In this document: positions 1 to 10,621 of the stretch, one piece after another
Layout of the letters: each line of letters opens with the position of its first letter
How positions within the stretch are numbered: position 1 is the stretch's first letter
Origin: Christensenella sp. UBA7703
GTDB taxonomy: Bacteria; Bacillota; Clostridia; Christensenellales; CAG-138
Assembly (NCBI GenBank): GCA_002482505.1
Contig: DLGD01000014.1
Span: forward strand, 3,645-67,644
DNA length: 64,000 bases
Direction: 5' to 3'
Made by a program: the position numbers and the translations under genes
The notes under the pieces: model-generated
The model's input: the letters and a program-made list of their open reading frames with translations, nothing else
The model's database searches: none
Told to the model about the DNA's origin: nothing

Positions 1-894
1 GGGAAGGTGTATGACACGGCGGAAGCGCTGATTGCAGACCCCGCCATCGACGCCGTGAGCGTTTGTGTTGCCAACGCGTTCCATGCGGCGATGACGATCG
101 ATGCGCTCAACCACGGTAAGCACGTGCTCTGCGAAAAGCCGATGGCAATCTCGCTTGCGGAATGCGAAGAAATGTTTGCTGTCGCGAAAAAGAGCGGCAA
201 GCGTCTGCTCATCGACCACAACCAGCGCCTGACGCCCGCGCACAAGAAGGCAAAAGAGATCATCGCTTCCGGCGAACTCGGCCGCGTGATCAGCTTCTCC
301 GCAACGTTCGGCCACAGGGGGCCGGAGATGTGGAGCGCGGATAAGAGCAGCAACACTTGGTTTTTCAAGAAGAACGCGGCTGCCTTTGGTTCTATGGCAG
401 ATCTTGGCATCCACAAGATCGACCTGATGCGCTTTCTGATCGGTGCGGATGTGAAGAATGTATTCTCCCGTCTTGCAACGCTGGATAAGAAATTTCCGGA
501 CGGAACGCCGATCGAAGTGGACGACAACTCCGTGGAGATTCTAACGTTTGAAAACGGCGCGCTCGGCACCGTGACCACGAGCTGGACGCACTATGGCGAA
601 GAATGCAATGCCTCTACACTTTACTGCGAAAAGGGCACGCTAAAGCTTTACCACGATCCGCGCTATTCACTCCAGATTGTATATGCGGACGGAACGAAAG
701 TGAATTATGAGCTCGACCGCATTCAAACCAACGAGGACAAACAGCAACAGAGCAGCGGCGCCATCGATCTGTTTGTGGAAAGCATTCTCACGGGCAAGCC
801 TTCCGCCCTGGACGCGGAGGATATCGTGAAATCCATGCGCGTGGTGTTTGCTTGTCTCGAGTCCGCCGAATCCGGCAGGATTATAGACCTGTAA
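1..894 (+). CDS. Gfo/Idh/MocA family oxidoreductase (5' end lies outside the window)
   Basis: The ORF is open to the window edge. The translation contains the family-typical HVLCEKPMA segment and an alpha/beta C-terminal domain. The Rossmann GxGxxG N-terminus is missing, so the gene is truncated by the window. Confidence 0.85.
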   Translation, partial: GKVYDTAEALIADPAIDAVSVCVANAFHAAMTIDALNHGKHVLCEKPMAISLAECEEMFAVAKKSGKRLLIDHNQRLTPAHKKAKEIIASGELGRVISFSATFGHRGPEMWSADKSSNTWFFKKNAAAFGSMADLGIHKIDLMRFLIGADVKNVFSRLATLDKKFPDGTPIEVDDNSVEILTFENGALGTVTTSWTHYGEECNASTLYCEKGTLKLYHDPRYSLQIVYADGTKVNYELDRIQTNEDKQQQSSGAIDLFVESILTGKPSALDAEDIVKSMRVVFACLESAESGRIIDL

Positions 895-979
895 ATGCGC
901 AAACACCAAATCGTATTTTCGCACTAATATGGTAATAACCAATAATCTGGTTGTTATAAATCAAAAAAGGAGAGAAATC

Positions 980-2149
980 ATGAAAAAATTCCTCGCGATT
1001 CTTATGTGCGCCATGATGCTGGTCAGCTTTGCGGCATGCGCAAGCACACCGGCACCGGCAGCGGAAGAACCCGCAGCCGAAGCGACCCAGGCTCCCGCGG
1101 CGGAAGAACCCGCAGCGACCACCGGCGGCACCATCTACGTGCTCGGCCCGACGCCGGATCACGGCTGGACCGCACAGGCCGGTACCTACGCCGACAAGAA
1201 GGTTGCCGAAATCAACGCCGAAGGCAAGTATAAAGCCGTCTACATGGCTGCTTCCACCGGTGAAGAGCAGGTTGACCAGGTTCAGACCATCCTTGCAAAC
1301 GGCGACGCGGTTGGCGTGGTGTTCTTCGCTCTGGAAGACTCCGCAAAGGCCGGTCAGGAAGCCCTGATCGCCGCGAATGTTCCGTTTATCTCCTTCGACC
1401 GTATCATTGAAGGACCGGACAAGTCCGCCATCCTCAACGCCTCCGGTGACAACTGGCAGTGCGGCGCAGGCATCGCGTACTGGCTCCAGAAGAACGGCAT
1501 GGCACCCGGCGCAACGCTTGTTACCCTCATCGGCGACAACGGCACCGTTTGCTCCCGTCGTCAAGAAGGCTTCGAGCAGTTCCTCCGTGGCGAAATCGAA
1601 TACTTCGACAAGGACAAGAACGAGTCCTACAAGACCACCCAGGTTTGGACGCAGGACGAGATCAACGCTCTGACGGCCGACTATAAGACGGTCTGCAACT
1701 GGAGCGCGGACGGCGCATATCAGTACCTCGAGCAGAAGCTGCCGGAAATCGTCGCCAAGGCGAAGACCACGGGCGGTAACCTCTACATCTACTCGATGGA
1801 TGATGAAATGACCTTCGGCCTCATGAACCTCCTCGAGGCGAACGCGATTGACGAAGCGACCAAGGCCGACTTCGCAGCGCTGAACGTCTACACCTCCGCA
1901 ATCGGCGGTATGGCAGAGCTCTATGCGGTCATCGACGGCACCTCCACCCAGGCTGCCACGGCTAAGACCTACTTTGACGGCCTCATGTCCGTCTACTTCT
2001 CGCCGAAGATGTTCGAAAACGTCATCAACTACATGCTCGACTACCTCAACGGCAACTGGGATTACAAAGTTGGCGATGGCAAGTACGAGCCGGTGTGGAT
2101 CGTTGACGCAGGCAACGTTGCCAACTACGAAGGCTTCACGGGTCATTGA
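980..2149 (+). CDS. sugar ABC transporter substrate-binding lipoprotein (RbsB/PBP type-I like)
   Basis: ATG at 980 follows the SD aaaggagag. The product starts with the signal and lipobox MKKFLAILMCAMMLVSFAAC, then an Ala/Pro/Glu linker. It is followed by cognate ATPase and permease genes. The listed 929 start has no SD. Confidence 0.85.
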   Translation: MKKFLAILMCAMMLVSFAACASTPAPAAEEPAAEATQAPAAEEPAATTGGTIYVLGPTPDHGWTAQAGTYADKKVAEINAEGKYKAVYMAASTGEEQVDQVQTILANGDAVGVVFFALEDSAKAGQEALIAANVPFISFDRIIEGPDKSAILNASGDNWQCGAGIAYWLQKNGMAPGATLVTLIGDNGTVCSRRQEGFEQFLRGEIEYFDKDKNESYKTTQVWTQDEINALTADYKTVCNWSADGAYQYLEQKLPEIVAKAKTTGGNLYIYSMDDEMTFGLMNLLEANAIDEATKADFAALNVYTSAIGGMAELYAVIDGTSTQAATAKTYFDGLMSVYFSPKMFENVINYMLDYLNGNWDYKVGDGKYEPVWIVDAGNVANYEGFTGH

Positions 2150-2229
2150 TCTGTCTAGCAGCTTCTCGTTGAGCGGCAGGGGAAACGGGCAAAATGCCCG
2201 CAACTCTGCGTAAGACAAAAAAAGTCAAT

Positions 2230-2266
2230 CGTGTGCGGATGCAGGGTTATCCTGCATCCGCACGCG
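2230..2266 (+). other. perfect 13-bp (extendable to ~16-bp) GC-rich stem-loop in the 286-nt gap after the binding-protein gene
   Basis: Left arm gtgcggatgcagg at 2233-2245, right arm cctgcatccgcac at 2251-2263. There is no U-run after it, so it is more likely an mRNA-stabilising or partial-terminator hairpin than a full terminator. Confidence 0.5.
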
Positions 2267-2435
2267 AATGCAAAACCCGAATTGAGAAAAATGCGAATCG
2301 GCACAAAAAACGCCTTTTCGTTGCGAAAGATTCCGATTATACTGGTCGTATGGGCAGGCTTGCACAATTCGCGGCCGAAATCGGCAACAAAACCAACCAC
2401 CTCACCAAAAACGAGGAAAACGGGGACACAAATGT

Positions 2436-3944
2436 ATGGCAATCCTTGAAATGCAGCACATTTCAAAGGCATTTGGCGGCGTGATTGCACTTTCCGATGT
2501 GCATTTGACCGTTGAAGCGGGCGAAATTCATGCGCTGCTTGGCGAAAACGGCGCGGGCAAATCCACGCTGATGAACATCCTCACGGGCGTGATCAACGCA
2601 GACTCCGGCGAAATTCTGTTTGACGGCAAACGGTATCCAAACCCGACCATCGCCACGATGGAGCGGGCTGGCATCGCGTTTGTGCATCAGGAAGTGAACG
2701 TGGTCAACGATTTGACCGTGTTTGAAAACATCTTTTTAAACCGCGAGCTCAAGACGAAAGTGGGCCTGCTCAACCGCAAGCGTATGATCGAGGAAGCAAG
2801 CGGGCTTTTCACGCGCCTAGGGGTTGACATTGACCCCTGCGTGATGGTATCCGAACTCAAAACAAGCCAGAAGCAGCTTCTGGAGATCAGCCGCGCGCTG
2901 CATGCAAACGCAAAGCTGTTGATTCTGGACGAACCGACCACCGCGCTGAGCACACAGGAGGTCGAGCATCTGTTCGGCATCCTCCGAAAACTGAAAGCAC
3001 AGGGTCATTCCTTTATCTTTATATCGCATAAAATGCCGGAGATTTTCGAGATTGCGGATCGCTATACCGTCTTCCGCAACGGAACTTTTATCTCCAGCGG
3101 GTTCATCAACGACACGACACCGCATAAGATCGCCTCGGACATGGTAGGCGAACAGTACCTCGATAAGGACTATTACGAGCCGCGCGCCCTAGGCGAGACC
3201 GTGGTTGAGCTAAAAAACGTGACCGGGCACGGCTTTTCGGATGTCAGCCTCGAGATTAAAAAAGGCGAAATCGTCGCGTTCACCGGCCTTGCCGGCAGCG
3301 GCGCGAGCGAAGTGATGCAGACCATGTTCGGTGTGCTGCCGTTTGAAGGCGGCGTGATCCGTGTTGAGGGCAAGTCCCTGCGTGGCGGAATCGCGCATTT
3401 CATGGAGAGCAAACTTGCCATGCTGCCCAGCAACCGTAAGGAAAACTCCGTCGTGCCCGACATGGACATTCTCGACAATACCTGCATCGCAGAGCATTGC
3501 CTCTCGAAAAACCGCCAGATGATCTCGGCAAAAGCCGAGGTAAGCCGTTATGACGAACTCAAGAAACTGCTTTGGATCAAGTCGGAGTCGCCCAAGGATT
3601 CCATCCTCTCGCTCTCCGGCGGCAACCAGCAAAAGGTGTTTCTTGCCCGCTGGTTGAACACCAAGGCGGACGTGCTCCTGCTGGATAACCCCACGCAGGG
3701 CGTGGATGTCGGCGCGAAGGCTGAAATCTATCGTCTGATTCTGGAGTTTGCCGCCCGCGGGATGACGGTGATCATCAACACGCTGGAGATTCCGGAGATC
3801 AAGAAGGTCTCCGACCGCTGCGTCGTCTTCTTTGAAGGGCGGGTAGCAAAGATTTTCCAGCACGATGAAATCAATGAGCATGATGTCATGCTGTATTCTA
3901 CAAACGCGATCAATACGCGGGGAGGAGCCAACCATGCGGGCTAA
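2436..3944 (+). CDS. sugar ABC transporter ATP-binding protein with duplicated NBD (RbsA/MglA type)
   Basis: 502 aa with Walker A GENGAGKST in NBD1 and an LSGGNQQK signature in NBD2. The two-domain layout is typical of CUT2 importers. Confidence 0.92.
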   Translation: MAILEMQHISKAFGGVIALSDVHLTVEAGEIHALLGENGAGKSTLMNILTGVINADSGEILFDGKRYPNPTIATMERAGIAFVHQEVNVVNDLTVFENIFLNRELKTKVGLLNRKRMIEEASGLFTRLGVDIDPCVMVSELKTSQKQLLEISRALHANAKLLILDEPTTALSTQEVEHLFGILRKLKAQGHSFIFISHKMPEIFEIADRYTVFRNGTFISSGFINDTTPHKIASDMVGEQYLDKDYYEPRALGETVVELKNVTGHGFSDVSLEIKKGEIVAFTGLAGSGASEVMQTMFGVLPFEGGVIRVEGKSLRGGIAHFMESKLAMLPSNRKENSVVPDMDILDNTCIAEHCLSKNRQMISAKAEVSRYDELKKLLWIKSESPKDSILSLSGGNQQKVFLARWLNTKADVLLLDNPTQGVDVGAKAEIYRLILEFAARGMTVIINTLEIPEIKKVSDRCVVFFEGRVAKIFQHDEINEHDVMLYSTNAINTRGGANHAG

Positions 3945-5052
3945 CAAAGGCGGTTTCGCCGGAATCGGATCTTTCATCGCGAAGGCGTGGAAGCGCTACA
4001 GCTTCATCTTCGTCTTCGCCATCATACTGCTGGTGTATTCGTTCACCATCGAGGCAAACGGAAACGCATTCAAATGGGGACACATTACGGCGATTCTGGC
4101 AAGCCAAAATACCGTTATCGTGGGCACCATGGCGCTGGGTATGGCGCTGGTCATCATCACGGGACAGATCGACCTTTCAGTCGGCTCCGCCCTGGTGCTC
4201 TGCAGCGGGGTCAGCATCATGGCGTTCAACATGACCAACAGCGTGATCATCACGCTGCTTGCGGCGGTTGCCGCGGGCGCGCTCTGTGGCCTCATCAACG
4301 GTGTGCTCGCGGGCTATGCTAAGATGCCGCCGTTTATCGTCACCCTCGGTACGATGCTGATCTACCGCTCCCTGATGCTATCGCTGGTGCGTTCGATCGA
4401 TCCTGTCATTACCGGTTCTTCCAGCAGCCAGTTTGCCATGCTCAGCGAAAACAGTGCCTATGACGCACTGCGCATGAAGTTTGGCACGGGCAGCCTGCCT
4501 GGCGTTTCGATTCCGTATATCACGTTTGTCTTCGTCGCGGTGATGCTGATCATCCTGCTCGTCACCCGCCGCACCAAGTATGGCAAGAGCGTCTACGCGG
4601 TCGGCAGCAACGAAAAGGCAGCCTTCCTTGCGGGCGTGAATGTTCAGGGCGTGAAGGTCTCCGTGTTCGTCATCACGGGCATTCTCGTGGGGATTGCGGC
4701 GTTTGTGCAGGCCTGCAAAATCGGTAACGTAACGCCCGCTTCCTCCGGTAAGAGCTATGAAATGTACGCCATCGCGGCGGTCGTACTCGGCGGCGTGAGC
4801 ATGAGCGGCGGCAAGGGCAACCTGTTGGGCGTGTTCTTCGGCGCGCTTTCGTATACGACGATCAACTTCATCATCGTCTCGATTCCGCAGCTTACGACGG
4901 ATATTCAGGATACCTTCCAAGGGCTTGTGCTCATCGCGGTCATCCTGATTCAAACCGTTGGCCCGGTCATCAAGGATCGCTTCATCGAGGCACGCAAACG
5001 CCGCGCTTCCCGCAAACAGGCTCGCCTGGATCGCGCGGAGAGCAAAGGCTGA
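3934..5052 (+). CDS. sugar ABC transporter permease (RbsC/CUT2 type)
   Basis: Multi-TM hydrophobic product. The ATG at 3934 (MRANKGG...) overlaps the ATPase stop by 11 nt. The listed 3865 start would lie deep inside the ATPase gene. Confidence 0.88.
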   Translation: MRANKGGFAGIGSFIAKAWKRYSFIFVFAIILLVYSFTIEANGNAFKWGHITAILASQNTVIVGTMALGMALVIITGQIDLSVGSALVLCSGVSIMAFNMTNSVIITLLAAVAAGALCGLINGVLAGYAKMPPFIVTLGTMLIYRSLMLSLVRSIDPVITGSSSSQFAMLSENSAYDALRMKFGTGSLPGVSIPYITFVFVAVMLIILLVTRRTKYGKSVYAVGSNEKAAFLAGVNVQGVKVSVFVITGILVGIAAFVQACKIGNVTPASSGKSYEMYAIAAVVLGGVSMSGGKGNLLGVFFGALSYTTINFIIVSIPQLTTDIQDTFQGLVLIAVILIQTVGPVIKDRFIEARKRRASRKQARLDRAESKG

Positions 5053-5076
5053 TCTCCATTCATTCAGCATAAAAAC

Positions 5077-5115
5077 GACCCGCGTTTCGCTTATTCTGCG
5101 ACGCGGGTCTTATTA
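5077..5115. terminator. bidirectional intrinsic terminator between convergent genes
   Basis: 9-bp stem gacccgcgt (5077-5085) / acgcgggtc (5101-5109). It is flanked by an A-run upstream and by T-rich sequence downstream. Confidence 0.7.
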
Positions 5116-5129
5116 TAAGAGCGATTTGG

Positions 5130-7166
5130 CTAGAGTAGAGTGCGGTAGTAAAGCCCTGTGGTGTGCGCTTCTTCCGTCCTTTCGGCTGAAAGAAAGCGAG
5201 CGGTGACGGCTTCGATTTCCTCTTGGGATTCGCGCGTAAAGTAGAGTATCTGGTGATCCAGAGCGCGAATGTTTCGCTCCGCAATGTCGAGCGGAACGCT
5301 GTTGAGCAATGAAACCGTGCGATAATGGTCGCACTCCACCGGGAAACGCACCTGCATGCGGTCGGTGAGCGTTCCGGCCTGTCCGCAGGCGGCACAGCCG
5401 AGGGATGCTTTGATCGGGCAGTTCCTCAACTGCATCAGCGGCAGATAGCCATACGAGACGACGCCGCGCGGGAGCGTTCCGCCGAGGGACTTGATCGCGC
5501 TCATCGAAAGTTCAAATGAAAGCGTCAGGCTGCCGAGCCCCTCTGCCTCATAAAACCGCACGGATTCCGTATTGGTGCTGTTTAAGCCGTAGCCGCCGTG
5601 AACGGTAAGCCCAAGCCGCCTGCCGAGCGTGATGCCGTAACTGTTGTTCGCCCAGACGGAGGATAGTCCGGCATTTGTGAGAACTACCAGCTTTGCGCCA
5701 AACGCTGGCTCGTCCTCGGGGAAGAGCACGGTTGGCAGCTGCGCGATGAGCTTTTTGCCCAGTTGAGCGAGTAAATCCAAATCGATCTCTTCTGCGGGCA
5801 GTATCATTTTTTCAAACGTGTCCTCGCAGGCAATCTGTTCCTTTTTATAAAAACGTGCCCACAGCGCTGGCTTCTCCAAGCCGGATTGATACCGCACAGG
5901 TGCTGTTATTGTGAAATCCTCCCGCTTGTGCGGCTGTGTTTGCCCGCGCAGGGCGAGGAGCGCGTCCAGCGCTTCTCTGCGCAAGGCGTTGAGCGCGGAG
6001 GCAGGCAGGGTATAGCCTTCGGCAATCTCGGATTGGAACGAACGCACAAAGAATGGGGTTCCTCCGGTCTTTTCCAGATTTTTCCGCGCGTTTTCCGCGT
6101 CCAGAGCACGGTGGACTGCGCGCTCCGGCGCGCCTCCTTGCACGGTTGTCTCCCGCTCGCCATCACTCACGGTGAGGGTGGTTGCGTGTTCGCTGAGCGA
6201 GAAAGTAAGATTGACCGGCACGAGCGGAACTTCGTTTCGATACAGCGCTGCAAGAGACGCAAGAACGCTCTCCGCACCCGTCACATCCTCCTTCGTGCGG
6301 TAACCGAACATCTGTCCGTCGCGTTTTCCCTTGAGGTAGCCATCTGTAAACCCGCTGCGGGAGAAAACGGCACGGAGCGATTCCGCGTCGTACGGTTTTC
6401 CCTCGAGTGCAAGCTTGCAGGCGGCGGTCGCGGCGGCAACGTATTCCGGTCGCTTCATGCGCCCTTCGATTTTGAAGGAAGTCACGCCCGCATCCGCCAG
6501 TTCTTTTAGATGCGGGAGCAGAGACATGTCCTTGAGCGAGAGCGCATAGGGATGATCTCCGCTCGTCCAGTTCAGCCGGCATGGCTGGGCGCAAAGCCCG
6601 CGGTTGCCGCTCCTTCCGCCGAGCATGGCGGAAAGATAACACGCGCCGGAGACGCTCATACAGTGTGCGCCGTGAATAAACGCTTCCTTCTGAATCGAAA
6701 CAGAAGCGCAGATGGTTTGAATTTCCGCAAGGGTAAGCTCACGCGCGAGCACGATACTGTCAAACCCAACGCTTTCGAGATAGCGTGCGCCGTCGACATT
6801 GTGCACGGCGGTCTGCGTGGAGGCAAAGCGCTTGAGCGAGGGATAGCGCTTTTGAAACAACCGAAGCACCGCCACATCCTGAATGATCACCGCATCTGCG
6901 CCCGCCTCTGCGATGCGATCCGCCTCTTCCTCCAGCGCGGGCAACTCCGTGTCCAGCACAAGGGTGTTGACGGTGACATACACCTTTACCCCGCGCGCGT
7001 GACAATAGGAGACGGCATCGATGAGGCTCGTCTCGGCAAAATTCGCCGCGTTGCGGCGTGCATTGAAGTTCTGCCCGCCGAGATAGACGGCGTCGGCGCC
7101 GCAGCGCACGGCGGCAAGCAGCTGTTCTTCGCCGCCGACAGGGGCGAGGATTTCGGGTGATGGCAT
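5130..7166 (-). CDS. U32 family peptidase (PrtC/RlhA-like, long form)
   Basis: 678 aa. The N-terminus MPSPEILAPVGG..AVRCGADAVYLGG..FNARR is the classic U32 start. The SD aaggaga sits upstream of the ATG at 7166. Confidence 0.85.
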   Translation of the reverse strand: MPSPEILAPVGGEEQLLAAVRCGADAVYLGGQNFNARRNAANFAETSLIDAVSYCHARGVKVYVTVNTLVLDTELPALEEEADRIAEAGADAVIIQDVAVLRLFQKRYPSLKRFASTQTAVHNVDGARYLESVGFDSIVLARELTLAEIQTICASVSIQKEAFIHGAHCMSVSGACYLSAMLGGRSGNRGLCAQPCRLNWTSGDHPYALSLKDMSLLPHLKELADAGVTSFKIEGRMKRPEYVAAATAACKLALEGKPYDAESLRAVFSRSGFTDGYLKGKRDGQMFGYRTKEDVTGAESVLASLAALYRNEVPLVPVNLTFSLSEHATTLTVSDGERETTVQGGAPERAVHRALDAENARKNLEKTGGTPFFVRSFQSEIAEGYTLPASALNALRREALDALLALRGQTQPHKREDFTITAPVRYQSGLEKPALWARFYKKEQIACEDTFEKMILPAEEIDLDLLAQLGKKLIAQLPTVLFPEDEPAFGAKLVVLTNAGLSSVWANNSYGITLGRRLGLTVHGGYGLNSTNTESVRFYEAEGLGSLTLSFELSMSAIKSLGGTLPRGVVSYGYLPLMQLRNCPIKASLGCAACGQAGTLTDRMQVRFPVECDHYRTVSLLNSVPLDIAERNIRALDHQILYFTRESQEEIEAVTARFLSAERTEEAHTTGLYYRTLL

Positions 7167-7283
7167 TTGGGATTGTTTCTCCTTTGTGGAGTGTTACTAT
7201 TATTATAAAGCAAAACAACTGATCTGACGAATGGAATCGCACATGAAACGGGAACCTCAAATGATCCGGCAAAGGAAGAACGT

Positions 7284-8234
7284 ATGAAGGACATCATCAT
7301 CGGCATCGACATCGGCGGGACGCATCTGCGCATCGGCGCGGTGAACCCCGCGGGGCAGGTTTCTTTTTTTGAAAAACGGGAAAGCCGCGTGGTCTGCGGC
7401 GAGAGCGGATCGGGTGCGCGTCTTGTCGCGCTGATTCGGGACTATCTGGCCCGAAACGGGCTGACAGATCGTGTGGCAGCGCTTGCTGTCGGGTTTCCTT
7501 CAACCGTCAGCCGGGATAAGCGAACCGTCTACAGCAGCCCGAATCTGCCGCTTGGCGGCGCGGGCGGGTTGGACGGGCAGGACGTGGTGGCGTTGCTCTC
7601 CTCTGAATGGAATATTCCGGTTTTCATCGACAAGGACACGATCTTCCTGCTGCAATACGATCTTGTGCGCCGAAATCTGCGCGAAAAAGGCTGCACGGTC
7701 GGCATTTACTATGGCACGGGAATCGGAAACGCAGTGTTTCTCGATGGGAAGTTTCTGACCGGCAAACATGGTGTTGCCTGCGAGCTGGGGCATATTCCCT
7801 ATTACGGCAGCATAAACATCTGCGGCTGCGGCAGCAGGGGATGCGCAGAAACGCACGCGGGGGGATATGTTTTGCGAAATATTTGGCAGGAGTATTTTGC
7901 AAACGAACCATTTTGCGAGTTGTTTCTGCGACATAGTGATGACGTTCGGTTACAAAGATTTGTGGAAGCCATGGCGATTCCGTTTGCGACGGAGCTGAAT
8001 CTCTTAGATCCCGATCAGGTTATGATCGGGGGCGGTGTTGTAGAGATGGCGGGCTTCCCGATGGATCGCCTGCTGGGCTATGTGCGCGAGTTTGTGCGAA
8101 AACCGTATCCGGGAGAGGATTTTTCGTTACTTCGCGCCTCCGCCGCACCTGAAACAGGCGTCGCCGGAGCGGCGTATTATGCAATGGAACGAGTGGCAGG
8201 CTTTGCCGCCGCTGCGAAGGGGGCAATCGAATGA
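7284..8234 (+). CDS. ROK family sugar kinase
   Basis: N-terminal IGIDIGGTHLRIG ATP-binding motif, and the Cys/His zinc motif (GHIPYYGSINICGCGSRGCAE) typical of ROK kinases. Confidence 0.85.
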   Translation: MKDIIIGIDIGGTHLRIGAVNPAGQVSFFEKRESRVVCGESGSGARLVALIRDYLARNGLTDRVAALAVGFPSTVSRDKRTVYSSPNLPLGGAGGLDGQDVVALLSSEWNIPVFIDKDTIFLLQYDLVRRNLREKGCTVGIYYGTGIGNAVFLDGKFLTGKHGVACELGHIPYYGSINICGCGSRGCAETHAGGYVLRNIWQEYFANEPFCELFLRHSDDVRLQRFVEAMAIPFATELNLLDPDQVMIGGGVVEMAGFPMDRLLGYVREFVRKPYPGEDFSLLRASAAPETGVAGAAYYAMERVAGFAAAAKGAIE

Positions 8235-9199
8235 GTTCGTTTAGCATCATTGGGGCTGCGCATCTGGATGCGCTGGTAGAAGGCGTGGAGGAAACCGCGC
8301 TGCTTGCGGGATCTTCTCCCGCGGAGAGCATCCGCCTTGGCTTTGGCGGAGACGCGCTCAACGAGGCGGTGACGCTAAGGCGGCTTGGCGGCGCGGTGGA
8401 TCTCGTGAGCAAGATCGGCTGTGACAGCGCGGGAGATATGGTGCTGGGTTTTTGCCGTTCCGCAGGGCTTTCAACGGCGAGGATTGCGCAAAAAGAGAAT
8501 CTATCCACCAGCATGAATATCGTGCTCGTCGATCATGCGGGAGAACGCAGATTCATCACCGACCCCAACAGCAGCCTCCGGGCGCTCGCGCTTGCCGATG
8601 TACTGCCGCTGGTGGATTCGTTATCTCCGGTAGTTTGCTTTGCGAGCCTGTTTGTGTTTCCGCTCTTTCATGCACGGGAGTTTGCGGCGCTTTTTTCGGC
8701 AATCAAGCAGCGCGGATGTTTGCTTGCGGCAGACATGACCAAACGAAAGAGAGGGGAGAAGCTTTCCGACCTTGCGGACGTTTGGCATCACATCGACATT
8801 CTCTTTGCAAACGCTGAGGAAGCGGGTCTCCTCACGCAATCGAACACACTGGATAAGATGGCACAGGAGATTCGGGGCAGCGGGGTTGGATGCGTCGTCA
8901 TTAAAACCGGAGCTGCGGGCTGTTTTGTCGCCTCTAGGGAGTTTACCGGCGATGTACCCGGCTGCGTCAGCCGCGCTTGCGTGGATACCACCGGTGCCGG
9001 GGATAACTTTGCCGCGGCGTTTCTGTTTGCCCATGCGGCGGGCAGAGCGCCAGAGGACTGCGCGCGCTTTGCCAACGCGGTTGCAAGCATTTGCGTGGAG
9101 CATCTCGGTGCAACCGCGCACGAAATCACGCTGGAAGAGGCGCTTGCCCGCTGCCGGGAAAACTATGGCGTGGGGTTTGGGACGCTTGCAATAAAATAG
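8231..9199 (+). CDS. PfkB family carbohydrate kinase
   Basis: ATGA start/stop overlap with the ROK gene. The C-terminal DTTGAGDNFAAAF motif is the PfkB signature 2. Confidence 0.85.
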   Translation: MSSFSIIGAAHLDALVEGVEETALLAGSSPAESIRLGFGGDALNEAVTLRRLGGAVDLVSKIGCDSAGDMVLGFCRSAGLSTARIAQKENLSTSMNIVLVDHAGERRFITDPNSSLRALALADVLPLVDSLSPVVCFASLFVFPLFHAREFAALFSAIKQRGCLLAADMTKRKRGEKLSDLADVWHHIDILFANAEEAGLLTQSNTLDKMAQEIRGSGVGCVVIKTGAAGCFVASREFTGDVPGCVSRACVDTTGAGDNFAAAFLFAHAAGRAPEDCARFANAVASICVEHLGATAHEITLEEALARCRENYGVGFGTLAIK

Positions 9200-9266
9200 T
9201 GGTTTGCACGGCGCAGGTATGATAATATGACGAGAATGCCTTTCTATTTAACGATCAGGGGATACT

Positions 9267-10487
9267 ATGCCAGCAAAAAGAAGAAATGAACTCTATCTGT
9301 TCTTTGCAGTCATCGTGGCGGTCAATTTGGCGCTTGGTTTCAGCGACGGACTGTTTTCCAACTACTTCAAAGACGTCTATCAGATTGACGGTTTTCACCG
9401 GGGGTTGATCGAGCTGCCGCGCGAAATGCCGGGCGTGATCACGTTTTTTCTGGTCAGTGCGCTGTCGTTTTTAGGCGATATCACCATTGCGATCTTCGCG
9501 CAGGCAATCGCCGCCGTGGGTCTCATGGTGCTTGGTTTTGTCACTCCGTCGTTCGGGGTCATGCTGGTGTTTCTCTTTATCAACTCTCTTGGCGTGCATC
9601 TTTATATGCCGCTTAGGGACAGCATCGGCATGTCGCTTGCGGAGCCGGATCAAATCGGCAAGCGAATGGGACAGTTTGGCGGGCTAAGCTTTGCGGTGCT
9701 GACCGTTGCGGGGCTGGCGGTGTTCTTCCTTTTCCGCTTTGGCGTGTTCAGCTTTACGAGCGATATCAAATGGACGTTTGTGGTTGCCGCTGTCTTCTAT
9801 CTGCTGGCGGTTGTTATGATGGTTCTGCTCAAGCTCGAAACCGGACAAATACGCACCAAACGCGAAAAGATCAAGCTGATTTTTCGCAAAGAATATAAAT
9901 ATTATTATCTGTTGGCAATCGTTTTTGGCGTGCAGAAGCAGGTGATGCTCGTCTTCGGACCCTGGGTGCTGATTGAAACGCTCGGCCAACGCGTAGATGT
10001 CATCGTACTGCTCGGCATCATCGCCTCCACTCTGGGCATGTTTTTCATGCCGCAGCTGGGGAAATGGATCGACCGCTTCGGCGTGAAAAAGCTTCTGTAT
10101 GCTGATGCGCTCTCATTCATCCTTGTCTATCTCTGCTATGGTGTGCTGTCGCACGGGTTCAACAGCGGCGTCCTGGCAAAGGTTGGCATTCCTGTCCTTC
10201 TTACCTGTGCGCTGTTTGTGATAGACCGTCTATCCTCGCAGATGGGCATCATCCGAACGATCTACCTCAAGTCGATTGCGCGGGACAACTCGGACATGAC
10301 CCCGACGCTTTCGCTTGCGATGATGATGGATCATATCGTCTCCATCATTGTCGGCATCACCGGCGGCATCGCCTGGGTGACATTTGGTTCGCACTACATC
10401 TTCTACGCAGTGGCCGCGCTCTCGCTGGTCAACCTTGCGGTGGCAATCCTCGTAAAAGACCCGCGCAAGATGGAGGTTCGCCTGTAA
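9267..10487 (+). CDS. MFS transporter
   Basis: 406 aa with about 12 hydrophobic segments. SD aggggatact lies upstream of the ATG. Confidence 0.75.
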   Translation: MPAKRRNELYLFFAVIVAVNLALGFSDGLFSNYFKDVYQIDGFHRGLIELPREMPGVITFFLVSALSFLGDITIAIFAQAIAAVGLMVLGFVTPSFGVMLVFLFINSLGVHLYMPLRDSIGMSLAEPDQIGKRMGQFGGLSFAVLTVAGLAVFFLFRFGVFSFTSDIKWTFVVAAVFYLLAVVMMVLLKLETGQIRTKREKIKLIFRKEYKYYYLLAIVFGVQKQVMLVFGPWVLIETLGQRVDVIVLLGIIASTLGMFFMPQLGKWIDRFGVKKLLYADALSFILVYLCYGVLSHGFNSGVLAKVGIPVLLTCALFVIDRLSSQMGIIRTIYLKSIARDNSDMTPTLSLAMMMDHIVSIIVGITGGIAWVTFGSHYIFYAVAALSLVNLAVAILVKDPRKMEVRL

Positions 10488-10572
10488 ACAGGCGGGCGCT
10501 GCAGAACACAGCCATTATCGGACGGTTGGCAAGTTCCTTTGCGCGGGAAGTTAAAATACTCGCAAACAAAAA

Positions 10573-10606
10573 ACAGATGCTGTTTGATCAGCGTCTGTTT
10601 TGTTGT
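10573..10606. terminator. bidirectional intrinsic terminator
   Basis: 10-bp stem acagatgctg / cagcgtctgt, with an A-run before and a T-run after. It lies between convergent genes. Confidence 0.75.
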
Positions 10607-10621
10607 TTATGTTTGCTTGCG

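Noticed and set aside
881-2218. Long antisense ORFs opposite clearly assignable genes. Examples: 881..2218(-), 10526..11557(+), 11579..12670(+), 16066..17172(-), 17312..18136(-), 20967..21896(-), 24179..25150(+), 25310..26554(+), 31115..32782(-), 39891..41720(-), 53.0-53.9 kb(-), 60756..62204(-).
   Set aside because: Their translations are Arg/His/Gly-rich and low-complexity, with no motifs, no SD and no sensible starts. The opposite strand encodes proteins with unmistakable family signatures. Long shadow ORFs are expected in ~60% GC DNA.
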